Assembly (NCBI GenBank): GCA_964019425.1
Contig: OZ025798.1
Coordinates: forward strand, 1,116,001 to 1,180,000
DNA length: 64,000 bases
Direction: 5' to 3'
Source of the DNA: Flectonema sp. DT1601
Taxonomy: Eukaryota
This document shows, piece by piece, positions 23,756-36,211 of this stretch (its first letter is position 1; every line of letters begins with the position of its first letter). The translations under genes and the position numbers were made by a program. The notes under the pieces are model-generated. The model saw only the letters and a list, made by a program, of their open reading frames with translations, was not told the origin of the DNA and did not search any database.

Positions 23756-24058
23756 ATAATACCTTTCCTTAGAACTTTAGATATAATAATTAGAACTAAA
23801 TAGTTAACAGCCAGTCTGGTGCTTATTGCGTTTTGTTTACATTTTTGGTCCTTTTTTGTTTACTGAAAAAGAGCTTTAACGCTCCTCTTAAGTAATAGAT
23901 ACTTAGCCTACCTTGTGGGCAAATAGACATGATGACTGTGTGAAGTTATTAGGAGGGAAAATAAAATAATTTTCATTTAAACAGCTTCAATGAATTCAAC
24001 CGGAGATAAGTTACTCATCATTTTTTTATTTTTTTATTTTAGGTTATTGTAAGTAAAC

Positions 24059-25723
24059 ATGCAGCTGTCCATAACGTGTCCAGACTCAGCATTTCCTGAC
24101 GTCATTTTCATTGCGAATGCAGACTCGCTTGTTCAGGATGCAGCACAAGCAGTAGCTGATGAGTGGGAAACTGTCTCTGACGTTATTGAGCTTTCGTATG
24201 CAGGAGATCCTCTGATACCAACTAATAAACTGACTTCATACGGAATAGAACCAGACTCTGAATTAATAGCATCTTTATTAAGTTGTTTTGGAAAGAGTTG
24301 GTTATTTGGTAAAGAGAACAGAACAACAATGCTGTGGATCTACAATAGAACTCCAAATCAAATTCTTAGTTTAGACACACCGTCATTCGAAGAAGATGGG
24401 TGTCTGGTATTTAGTGAGGACATGATTCCAATGGAAGTCTGGAATATATCATTCTGCAATCCAAGTCCTTCAGTTACAAGAGTATCTGATAGGTTCTTAG
24501 CTCAGTCGAGTATTATGAAATTATATTTATCGGGACTCTCAAGTGTTACTTTAATTGGAGATGGTTTTCTTCAATGCAGTTCCATATCTGAATTAGATCT
24601 TTCTGGTCTTCGTAACGTAACAGCTATTGGTCATAACTTCCTCAGAGAGAGTACCAATACTACAGTTGACTTATCAGGTCTTACTAGTGTTGTGTCTGTG
24701 GGTGATCATTTCCTTTTTTGGTGTATTTCAATTACTACATTAAACTTGTCAAGTCTTAACAGCATGAGAAGAATTGGTAGTAACTTCCTCGGCAAGTGTC
24801 ACTCACTTACGGAAGTTGACTTATCATGCTGTGAGGACATTATTCATATTGAGCATAGTTTTCTTCGATCGTGTAATTCCCTTGTTCAATTCGACTCAAA
24901 AGGTCTTGAGGCAATTACTTCGGTGGGATCACATTTTTTGTCGGGGTGTCCAAAACTAAAAAGTGTTAACCTGTCTCATCTTAGTAACGTTGTGTCAGTT
25001 GGTAGTAATTTTCTCTTTAGATGTCACTCCATTGTGACTATCGATTTGTCTAGTTTTTGTAATGTCATTTCTATCGATGACAATTTTATTGGGAAATGCA
25101 ATAATCTTTCTTCAATTGATTTATCACGTCTTGATAATTTAACATCCGTGGGTGATAACTTTTTCGAAGGTTGTAGTTCGCTTGAAATTTCCGGATTGTC
25201 TGGGCTACGGAATCTCACCTCATCCGGTAGTCAACTTTTTAGTAAATGTGTTTCGATTAAGAATTTTAATCCTCCGGGACCTTTCAGCTTAAGTAGTATA
25301 AGTGATGCTATGTTATTAGAATGTCAGGGACTGACTTCTGTTGATTTGTCAGGTTTTCACAGTTGTCACACTATTAATGATAATTTCCTGAAAGGATGTA
25401 AATCAGTGACGTCTTTAAACTTATCAGGATTGTGTAATGTCACAAGTATTGGTTTTGGGTTTTTATGGAGTTGCACAGGAGTCAGAACTCTTGACTTGTC
25501 ACCGCTAGTTAGTATTACTAATATTGGTGATTCGTTTCTCTTGCATTGCTCTTCTGTTACAAAAATTGACTTTTCACACCTCCAGAAGGTGACGTCAGTT
25601 GGTAGTTCATTCCTTTATGGATGCAAGTCACTTTCATCAGTTATTGTGGTCGGGTCGAATGATAAAATAACTGGTGAAGTGAGAGTATTCAATAAGCCTA
25701 TTGTTCACACCCACCAATTATAA
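24059..25723 (+). CDS. Leucine-rich repeat protein with N-terminal ubiquitin-like domain
   Basis: Many ~24-aa repeats of type LxxLDLSGLxNVTSIGxxFL. N-terminal LSYAGDPLIPTNKLTSYGI resembles the Ubl C-terminal strand motif. Confidence 0.9.
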   Translation: MQLSITCPDSAFPDVIFIANADSLVQDAAQAVADEWETVSDVIELSYAGDPLIPTNKLTSYGIEPDSELIASLLSCFGKSWLFGKENRTTMLWIYNRTPNQILSLDTPSFEEDGCLVFSEDMIPMEVWNISFCNPSPSVTRVSDRFLAQSSIMKLYLSGLSSVTLIGDGFLQCSSISELDLSGLRNVTAIGHNFLRESTNTTVDLSGLTSVVSVGDHFLFWCISITTLNLSSLNSMRRIGSNFLGKCHSLTEVDLSCCEDIIHIEHSFLRSCNSLVQFDSKGLEAITSVGSHFLSGCPKLKSVNLSHLSNVVSVGSNFLFRCHSIVTIDLSSFCNVISIDDNFIGKCNNLSSIDLSRLDNLTSVGDNFFEGCSSLEISGLSGLRNLTSSGSQLFSKCVSIKNFNPPGPFSLSSISDAMLLECQGLTSVDLSGFHSCHTINDNFLKGCKSVTSLNLSGLCNVTSIGFGFLWSCTGVRTLDLSPLVSITNIGDSFLLHCSSVTKIDFSHLQKVTSVGSSFLYGCKSLSSVIVVGSNDKITGEVRVFNKPIVHTHQL

Positions 25724-25823
25724 CTTTTCACTTTTGTTTATTAATAGTATTCTTGCCCAACACACTGTTACTTTGTATTTTAATAAGTCTCGTCTTGGTA
25801 ATTAATATCTCCCAACACAGGTT

Positions 25824-27484
25824 ATGTCTCACACAACAATGTGGGTCATGAGACTGCTAGTTGTAGTGTTTGTGAGTGTTGGTGTTGAAAGCCAGTGCGA
25901 TATCGGTGGTGTGTTACAAAACTTAGATTTCTTTCTTCCTGAGGCACCGACAGTGACTCCAGCCGGTAATATGTTAGCTGATGGTAGTAATGCGATTATG
26001 ACAATTCCAAATTACAAGTGTGACAATCTATCTTGTTCTGGAACTACACTCACACCATTAAAACCTGTTTGTGCTAAAGGTTTAATGGGATTTACACTTA
26101 GCTTGCCACTACAAAATCCTCAGGCAACTGTTGACACAACAATATTAGCGAACTCTTTTAATTCAATGTTTAATCCTGAATATGACGCAACTTCACCAAA
26201 AGTCATCGGAACAGATACTTCCACTGCCCGAGTCGATATTACTCCGAAGGCAGAGTTTCAAAACCCCGAGCAACTCCGCCTTGCTATTGAAGAGAAGTAT
26301 TCTGCTACTCATCAAAACCAGAATGGTATTAGTACAGTTTATACTCCAACTGGAGGTATTTTATTAGAAGTAATAAGTAGTCATAATCCTTGTGATCCTG
26401 CACAAATTCATAAGTCGATGAAGTCAACAAAACACCCTGATTTGGTACTGTCTTTTGTTAATTGTCAAGAAGGACAATTAGTAAGACCAGGAGGACGAGT
26501 ATCCTGTAACACTACAGCACCTGAGTACTACTGCGATACAGCTACTTGTATTGGAAAGGCCGGAATCGATTCTTGGGACCCACCAAATCCATTATGTAAC
26601 ATTGCAGGAGAGAATCTTCAATTCGAACTCTATTTAGTGTTAGATGCCCCACCAGATGCCGCTAGGATAGAAGCTCTTACTCAAGCTTTCAATGAGGTGT
26701 ATGGTTCTGATTATGCATTGATAGGAGGTAAACCTCAATCAGCAAGCGAAAATACGCTGGTCCGATTTGATATACTTCAAAGCAAAGCTGATCAAAGCTT
26801 AAATCAAATGAAAATAGATATCGAAGAAAGATTTGCAAGAAATGGAAATGCTGCAAAGTTTGGAGTAGTAACTGAAACTCGGGTGAACGCTGCACCTGGT
26901 ATGCCTTTAAGACGATCACAAAGTACTCCAGCACCTCCTCAAAGTACACCTGCACCGACTTCTTCTCCTTCTTCTTCCGATTTTAACTGGCTTCCTGTCA
27001 TACTTGGAATTGCTGGTGGATTACTCTGCATTATTTTTATGTTTCTCGCATGGAGACTTAAGAGGATGCTAGACAAGAAGAAACAAGATGAAGAGAAAAA
27101 TCGTTTAGAAATTCGTGAAGAAATGTTAGAAAATCTCGAAAACGATATTGCGGGGAAAAAGGGTCCGCGTACCAACTTCTACAAGGCACTCGATGATTAT
27201 GCACTCCCAGGACGTTCGGTATGTAATTAGATACGTTAATTAACCAAGAGATTGGTGTCTGAAATAACGAAATGATCACAGAAACGAACTAGTCTTCCAT
27301 CACCCAAACCGTCATCTTCACCTGCGATATCTGAAAGGTCGGTAGCTCCACCTCGAGAAATTAGTCCTTTTGGGTATGCATATTATTCTATTTTTTTTAA
27401 CTTATTGAGGTTCTTGATTACTCAAAACAACAACACAGCTGTGGTTTAGGCAGGGGACACATAATAGAAAGGGGGATGGCTTAG
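25824..27484 (+). CDS. Type I membrane protein with duplicated ectodomain; join(25824..27218,27282..27373,27439..27484)
   Basis: Signal peptide, Cys-rich ectodomain, Pro/Ser/Thr stalk and TM WLPVILGIAGGLLCIIFMFLAW. Two GTATG..ACAG introns extend the cytoplasmic tail in frame; the 3' exons are less certain. Confidence 0.75.
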
Positions 27485-28577
27485 ACGAAATGTATATTAC
27501 TCTCCAGTTGTAACAAGAAGTGATCACTGCAATCTGTGTGCAGTATTATATTATAGAAAGTGATGGAAATTCGCACTGACACGAATGTAGATTTGTGTCC
27601 AATGGAATTAAAGCTCCAACGATGGACATCGAAGCGGGGCACTCTTGGAATAATCAAGATGATGACCAATCAATGCAAACAACACCTTAGTAGAAGAGGT
27701 CGAAATAGAGTCTGGTGTCTTGTTTTTGTAGTACTTTTTTTTTTTTCCAGTTTTTAATTTAATAACTTCTTCTAAACGGGTTAGTTGTCAGATACAACAT
27801 TTTAGTTTCAATGCTTTGATGCAATCTGTCATCATGGTCTTTATAGGCTTATGACAAGACAACTGTATCTACTGTTTCCGACATACTTGCACTTTTTTAT
27901 AAGACTTCGTTAAAGATCAGTCTTTTCTGTTATTCTTTTTTTTTAGTTATTGTTTTGTTTCGGTTGTAGAATCGGTTTCGTTACCGATGGAAGGGTCACG
28001 CGTGATTTCTTTTGATTTGATTTTTTTTAGTTTCTTGCATGAGGATGAGTTTAATTTATATGATCAACTCTGAAATTAAACGAAACACTTTTAAAATAAT
28101 TTGTTGAAATCGAGTGAAGGCTGTGATTGCATTAAATTCTTCACTGTCGAGATTTAAATTCTTAATGCCGATGCTAAACCTTTTTACGATTCATCATTTT
28201 ATTGTTGTGTTTTTTTTGTTTCTCTCTCTGGTTGTACATTTATGAATTAAATTATATCTCTTCAGTTGCAGCTGTAGTTCAACAATCCGTTCGATTACGG
28301 TTTGGGTCTTCTGTTGCTGCGTGTTGGCACTCATAATATAAAGCAACGTTAGATTAAAATAACCATATATAAATTTAGAATTTATATCGAATTCTTACAT
28401 TAAATTGAGGTTTTTATTTTAAAAATAGAATATTAACCTTTGATCACTAGTTAGTAAACAATAAATAGTTTTGTAGCTTACGCCTCATGACGTTTTTTTT
28501 TTCTTATCAGGACCTTCTTATATTATGCAACCCGTATGATGAATTTATTTGTTTAAAAACTAAATAATAATAATAAG

Positions 28578-29221
28578 ATGACTGAAACAACCTCCCAGTC
28601 GAAGAAGGTTGAAATGTCTCAGTTGCTGAGACATCAGAAATTAATGCCGTTAGATGACATGACTCACATTGAATCACACAGATCAGGTAGTCTTTCGCTA
28701 ACGTGTCCTTCAAAGAAAGTGGATACTGTTGTGGAATCTGATTTTGATATCCTACTTCAGAAAAGGCCTGGCACTGCCAGAACTGTATCAGATGTCCAAA
28801 GAATGAAAGAAGGTATTCATAATGCTGTATGTTGACACTTCTTATTATTATGTTTGATGATATCTAGCAACACTATTCATATAAATTAAAACAGAACATA
28901 AAACTCGATGAGTACATGCGTGATGTTGCTAAGAGAATGTTGCCTTCTGCGACTCAACAGGGATGTATTTCTACTTCAGTTACTCCACCGCTGTCTTATT
29001 TTAACTTTAAACGCACTGCTGAACAAGCAGGAAGTCTACAACAAGTTAACAGAAGTAGTTTAGTAAATACTTTATTCAAAAGTAAAGTTGATGTGGACTT
29101 TAATTACGATTCACCTCCTTCTTCACCTCTCAATGAGTCCCCGAATGAGAAGCTAATCGAACTGAAGCCATCGCCCCCGCCACCTACTGCCCCTCCTCGA
29201 TCTTTTAAGCACTTGGAGTAG
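28578..29221 (+). CDS. Hypothetical protein; join(28578..28826,28895..29221)
   Basis: A 68-nt GTATGT..AAACAG intron joins ORFs 28578 and 28916 in frame. Confidence 0.7.
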
Positions 29222-29399
29222 GGTGAAGTAAATTATTCTTTCTGTAGGTCTGTTGTGTATCCTCGCTTTTAGTGAGAAAATAATTTATTTAAGTACAAAT
29301 AATTGATTATTTTATTGTACAGCAACAATGTATTAGAATCGGGTAACATCCTTCAGTGGTAAAACATTATTTTTCAACCGACAGATATATTCTTCCGAG

Positions 29400-32300
29400 A
29401 TGGACCTAAAATATGGAAATCTCGTGGCGGACCTTTCTTCAGGGTCTGCCAACAAGCAAGTATCGTCACTTTTAGATGTAATTCAACAAGGGAACTTAGG
29501 GAGAGATATCCGCTTTTGGTTACCAGCAGTAGTATCTCGTGGTATGGCTCAAGGAGCTGATAAAACAGTAAGAAAACTGACGTATCACATTGTTAGATCT
29601 TGTTTTAGACAATTAGAAACTACTGACATCGCAACAATTCACAGACAAATCATCTCAGATGTAGAAGGTGAATACACAGAGGTTTCAATATATGCTTTGA
29701 GGTGTTTACAGGCCTCAACCTCAGATTTGATAAAGGGTTTTTTAAATTCCAGTGCCGGAAGGCGATGCTTTACGCCGACTATTTCTCACAAGATTCGTGA
29801 AGAGGCAGCCACTACGATTGCTGAACTCGCATCTAGAGCTCCAGCATCTGGACCATCACGTGATTTGTATATTACAGATTTGATTGAAAAGTACTCAGAT
29901 CGTATTGTCGACTCTGCTCTCGATGTTTTTGACAACGTTTCCGCAGCCGCTTTTGAAATTCTATCGAAACTGTTGAATGGATCTGCTAACCCTGCTGTGT
30001 GTTCGGTATTCTCAAAACACATTCACAAACTAATTTATAGAATATCATTTATGTCGGATTCCTATAAAGCAACCTCCCTCATACCAATCTCTTTACTGTC
30101 CACCACCTGTTGTATGAGTGATGTTGTAATTAGTAAGTTATTAGTTCCTACTTTATCGTTTCATCATTTTCCTAGACTTGTAATTGCTGCAGGCAGGAGT
30201 ACTTTACTTATTAATAGTCTGAAAGATACCGATTCAAAAACTTCTGTATCTGAGGAGACGTTGGCTAAGGTTGTATCAGCATTCTTAACGATACTGCTGA
30301 CAGAGTCTGCAGACACATCTCATGCGTTGTTTTTAATAAAGTGTATTGTTGGTGTGTTGCCTAAGCTGAGTATTCACACTCAGTGGAGTTGCGCAGTTAA
30401 ATTCTTAAACTTGGCTTCTCTTTTCAATAGCGAAGAGCATTTGCAGATTAGAATACTAATTTACGTCGTTGGGTTTGATAGAGTTATGCGACTCTCACTA
30501 CCTCACGTTGCATCTCAACTACAATCTGGAAAGACATTATCACCAGATCTGTATCCTGAAGTCAGAGATATCAGTGAACATAAATTTTGGTCTTCAGCAT
30601 CTTGCACAGCCAAAGAAGAAATGATTTATATTTTATGCAACGCTGTAATGCAAGCAGGAAGCTATTTCATAACTAGCGGTGAGGAAGCAAACTTAGCAGC
30701 GTGGACATCAGTTGGGTTACATATTGTCAGTATGTGTATGGGAGTATTCAAAAGTGATATTAAATCAGAGTACGTAGCACCTCTTCATCAAGTGTTAAAA
30801 CTCTCTTTAAAAGTATTCAGCGATGGAACTGCACAACTTGGTATTAGAAAGAAACAAAAACCTGGCAACACCTCTCTTTCAGAATGGGTAGCATCAACTA
30901 ATGATCAACACCTACAAAATCAAAAAAAACTTTGCTCTCTGATACTCGGAGGTCTCGGTGATGTCTGTCGCAATGTAACAAAAGTTGGAATTCTGTGTAC
31001 TGTCGCTTCTCTCTTACCAACAGAACCAGAAGCTGATGTGAAATCACTTGAAGAATCATTAAGAACTAGGCTAGTTCAAGGATGTAGTAGATTCATGGTT
31101 GACGATAGAGAAACCTTATCACTTTCATTATTTGACGCATTGATGTGTTTTGGAGCAACTAGAGGAAAGGAAGCTTGGAAACAGTGTGACGCTGCCATAG
31201 AATCAATTCTGAGAGATATTAAAAAGAGTGCGACTGCTCCACAAGTTTTGATGGTCGTAAAACACAAACTGGATAATATTAGAAAACACCGCAACATTGA
31301 AATTGGTTTGAGTACTCAAGAAGTTGCCAATTGTGGTGTAATTCCCTTTTCAGAACATCACCCAGCACTTTATCATGATTTCTCTCCATGTGATTATTCT
31401 TTATACTTACAATCACATGATGCGTTGATGGACATGAGAGTTTCTCTACTTAAAACTTGTGCAATCATTCAAACAGCCAGCAGTGATGACACAGCTGTTC
31501 AAAGTACTGCAGTTATAACATCTCCTGATGATCCAGTTCAAATCCTCGCCAAGTATTATTGGAAACGTAACAGAATAGAAGTTTGCATGTCTGTTTCTAA
31601 CGCGACACTAATAACACTGAAAGATCTCAGAATCACTATTGGATGTAAGGGAGAGATGGTTCCTATGTTTAAACCACACAGATCAGTATTTGATAATGAC
31701 AGTGACATCACATCTCGTATTAAGACGCACAGTAGAAGTGACACTATTACTCAAGTATGTGATTGTTTTTATGTCTTTTTCATTGCATTGGAGTATAATA
31801 ATTAATAATAAAAACAGCTTCATCCTGGAGAAACAATTCAGATAGTCAGAGTGTTTTTAATTGCGAGTCTATCTCCAACGATGGGTTTCAATGCGTTGGT
31901 TGATTTGAAAATGAATGAAACTGACGACAGCATTGATATCCTTGGTGGTGGTGGGGATGAAGGAACCTGCAGGGTATGTTTTCTTTTCTTCTCTTCTTTT
32001 CATATAAGAAAACAGCACTCACCACTCACAACAATACAGATTCACTCCGACATATTCCCAGTTTCACTTCCGCATTTCTTTAAGGCAAATCACCCACTAA
32101 GAGCTCACCTCGCAACAGATGCCTTACAAATAGTAGCAGCATTACAACACAGTCATCGTATTAATACAATACATGTTGAGGGTGACTTGGAAGCTATTGA
32201 ACAACGTCTAGACTGGTCACTGTTTGATACTCCTTTTGTTAATCTGACTCCTTGTTTTGAATCTGATGATAAGAATCATCAAAAACCACTTCACGCTGTG

Positions 32301-34592
32301 TTTATATCTGGAACAAGATCTCTTTCAATAGGTAATCCAGGTGTTGTTTCTCTAACAGTAACCGCTTTAGGAAGCGCTACTAAACATGAAAGTGGTAACA
32401 CCAGCGGTACTATCCTCCATCAAGACGCTACAATCCCATTTGGAAGCGTCGCATTGAGTTGGCAATTTCAGGGATCTTCCGCTGAAGTTCTCAACAACAT
32501 TGTTGGTCATCCTTCTTTTGAATCTTTTTTTGCAGATGTAGCTGATCTTTCTGACGTTCAGCAGGACTCATCAAAGACGAAAAAGGAAAAAGAGTCGAAT
32601 GTTTATACCACACCACCTTCACAACAAGCATCCCTACGACACTGGAAAGATTTAAAGAAAAGATATGAGAAAGTTAAGACTTCAGTAAGAGTCCACCACA
32701 CGTCAACACAACGACCAGCTGATAGCTGGGAAGACTTCAGAAGAGGAGATAGAGAGGAAGATTTAGTTGATACGTCGCAGCCACTATTTGCTTCACCTGG
32801 ACCTGATTTGTTTCAAAGTAGATCGACACCATCACCTACCCCTGTGAGTGATTTATTCTCAAAGAGGAATTCAACTCCTCCACCTTCGACGGGGTTATTT
32901 CCAAGTGAAGGAAATGATTTATTCTCAAAGAGGCAATCAGTTCCACAACCGTCAAGTGTGTCAAACGATTTGTTTCCATCAACTGAAGTGAAGGAATCGT
33001 TATTTGATAAAGTTCCTGTTGTGGATTCTAATGTTAATCAGGAAGTTGAATTAAAACCTGACACAACTTTATTTCCCACAACATCTGAAACCCTCTTTAC
33101 AGAGACTGCTGTTGCGAGTTCTCTTTTTGATACAAAACCTGCAGCTGACTCAAAGTCAGAAGATGTTTCATTTCCTGCTCCCGAACCGTCGGACTCGCTG
33201 TTTGCAACTAAACCGACTGATCCTTCGCTATTTGACAGTAAACCTGTTGAGCCTGAGTCATCTCTCTTCCCAACAGTACCAGAGCAGAGTTCATCATTCC
33301 CTTCTGAGCCTCCTGCAGTGAATGATGAATCAGAATCACCGAGTTCTCTATTCCCTAGTGTGACAGCCACAGAGACAGAACGTGCTGATGGAGAGCCGAA
33401 CAACGATTCGTTATTTCCAAAGACTTCGGATACAGAAGATTCGCTATTTTCGAAAGAAGCTGCACCATTCCCTGACACCACAACTTCCCTATTTCCACAG
33501 CCATTGGATGAGTCTAATGACGCCAACCCAGAAGTATCATTTCCTGAACCTGTTGCTTGCAATAATGTTTCGACTGGGGATTCTCTGTTTGCTGAGAAGC
33601 CTGAAGAAGTTGAAGTCCCTGCAGAAGTAACTGTCGCGGATACGTCAGATTCTCTTTTCTCAAGTAAGCCACCTGATCAGCATACAGCAGATGGTCAGAT
33701 AGAAGGGTCGCTATTTCCGTCTAGTGAGGTACCAACAGATGAGAAATCTGATTCACTTTTCGTGAACAATCCAACAGCAAATGGTGAAGAATCTCTAGAC
33801 GGTAATCCACCACCTGATAGTCAGCCTGAATCTCTGTTTCCTGCGCAGCCAGAAACCAGTAGTTTATTTAATAACAACACGGAGGATACTCGAAACGCAG
33901 TCCTAAGTGACTCGGAACTGCAAGCTGGTTCGTTGTTCGCTCACGAGGACAATTCTAGCGCTCCAAGTCCTGAAATTATTACCCCACCGCCACCAGGTGA
34001 CGATGATGATGGCTCAGCAACAACGCCGCGTGTTGTGGAATCCGACTCACCACTGCCTGTTGATGTAAAGCCAGCTGCAGCAGAGGAGTCTCTGTTTGAT
34101 AATGGGAATTCTCTTTTTCCGCACAACCCGCCTGAAGAAGTAGTCGATTCGTTTCCAATTGTTGCACATCAAGATCCTGTTGAGGGAGGTATGGACTCAG
34201 GGAGTTGTGATACTCCACCACCACCTTCGGATACTTTATTTCCTCCTATTAATGAAGGTGGTGGTGAAGGACAGGGTGAGTTTCCGACAGCAGATTCTCT
34301 TTTTCCGTCAATTCCTACTTCTGAAGTAGGTGGCAATTTATTTCCATCAGCACCAGCAGGAGGTGATTCTTTGTTTCCCAGCGTTCCCCCTGAAGTCACT
34401 AATAGTAGTGACACCTTCCCTGTTCCAAGTAATGGGTTGTTTGACTTCAAAGACTCAAATAATTCAGTTCAACCTGCTGAAGGATTTGGTGACTTTAAAG
34501 CTCCTTCCGTTCCTTCGAATTCTTTGTTCCCAGACGAGACAGGACAAGAAGAGAACAACGGTGAGGAAGTAAATGATGAGTTGTGTAGCTAA
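29400..34592 (+). CDS. TPLATE: TPLATE-like large subunit of the TSET adaptor complex with long acidic LF-repeat tail; join(29400..31754,31818..31973,32040..34592)
   Basis: N-terminus MDLKYGNLVADLSSGSANKQVSSLLDVIQQGNLGRDI...VRKLTYHIVRS resembles plant TPLATE as I recall it (MDILFAQIQADLRSNDALRQSSALLQALQQSAAGRDI...CKKLAFDLIRS). ITSPDDPVQI resembles the appendage-start motif LTGSSDP. Two introns; the second is in frame with no stop. Confidence 0.75.
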
Positions 34593-34984
34593 GACAGTTC
34601 TCCATGTGTTAGGAGTTCAATTATCTTAGACTCAATGAGTTCCCAGAGAGGGTTTTATTATATCTGTTAAGTTATTTTTGGGCTTTCATGGCCACGTTAG
34701 TTCTTTTCTGTAGCCCATTCGATTCCCGCACTCGGTTAAACGCGAGTGGGTGGTCTTTTAATAGCAGCAAGCTGGAAGTGTTGTCTTCCTGATAACTAGC
34801 AGCTATGTGTTTGTTTACTCCGAAATTAGTTTGGGATGCATGCTGTGTTGTTCATCACAGTTATCTTACAGCTTGCATGCTATTTAACAGTTGTGTCGAG
34901 AAGCGTATTCTATTCAACAAAAACGTTCAGTAATTACACATCACAAGTATTCCTCATCTCAGTTAAGCATCAAGTATAAAAAAT

Positions 34985-35893
34985 ATGATTCGCAGCAACT
35001 TGCGATTTGTTTCAAAGAGGAGATTTTCTGAAGTAGTCGGATGGGGAAAGGCAAAGGGAATGTCAGAAATTGAAAAGGAACCATCAAAGTGTGGAGAAGA
35101 CAGTTTTTTTATTAGCGACGTATGCATTTTGATTTTAAGAACTAACGAAATAAATTTCCACATCTACAACACAATAACAAACAACAACAGGATAAAATCC
35201 CAACTTACTTTGGAGTTGCTGATGGTGTTGGTGGATGGAGGAACGTTGGAGTTGACCCAGGTGAGATAGCGAGGGTATTGATGCTTAACTCTAAAGAGCT
35301 TTTCGACAAGTACCCAGGTGTGATGAGCCCACAAGCTATTCTCGCAGAGGCATATTGGAAAGCAAAATACGGAAACGAAGTAGAGGTTGGCAGCACCACT
35401 GCTTGTCTCGGTGCTCTTGTAAAGGAAGAAGAGAAATCATATTTTGTGTCTTGTCAATTAGGTGATTCACTTTATATGATAATTAGAAACGGAGAAGCTC
35501 TAAAAGTGTCAGAACCTGGACTATGTGGATACAATGCCCCAAATCAGCTGGCTATTGTTCCAGCGAAATACGGTGAGGGCATGATTCAGTCCCACCCTTT
35601 TGAGGCTCAGAATGAGGTGGGAGAAGTCCAACCTGGAGATGTTATTGTAATGGCAACTGATGGTTTGTGGGACAACGTTGACGTAAATGAGGTTTGTTTT
35701 TACATTACAATATTAGTTATTATTGATAATATAAAAAAAATTATATAAAATTAAATAAAAAAAAAACCAGATTCTTCCTATTCACAAAGACGTTAGCAAT
35801 AACCTTTCAGAATTCTGCAAGCAGTTAGTTGTTGCCGCTTGTACCCGTCCTCGTAAACCTGATGATGTTACTATTGTCTGTGCTCGTGTGTGA
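34985..35893 (+). CDS. PTC7: PTC7-type PP2C protein phosphatase, likely mitochondrial; join(34985..35119,35191..35691,35771..35893)
   Basis: Spliced motifs GEDSFF, FGVADGVGGW, GSTTAC, LGDS, MATDGLWDN and KPDDVTIV; Arg-rich presequence-like N-terminus. Confidence 0.92.
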
Positions 35894-36211
35894 GATAGTT
35901 ATAGCTTTCCGGCCGATCTTGGCATTTTCAATCGTATTTGTATCGTCTCTAAGAAGACAAATCTACTGCTTGCTTAATCCGTGTGTGAATATCGCTATTT
36001 ATAATGATAATCATTTATTCCTTGTCGCATGTAATGAAGCAGGAGTGGAATTATATTGTACGGTAGATATGAAATATATATTACCTTCCTTCAATAGATT
36101 TGGGGATATGAAAACAACGAAGACACTCAAAAACGAATTAAATATTTTGTCAGATAATATTATTTCAAATAGGAAAGGGGGGGTTGGTGGGGGGAAAAAA
36201 AAATAAGAAAA

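Noticed and set aside
35829..36206. 125-aa ORF between PTC7 and the Kelch gene
   Set aside because: It has a non-ATG start, overlaps the true last PTC7 exon in another frame and runs through spacer sequence.
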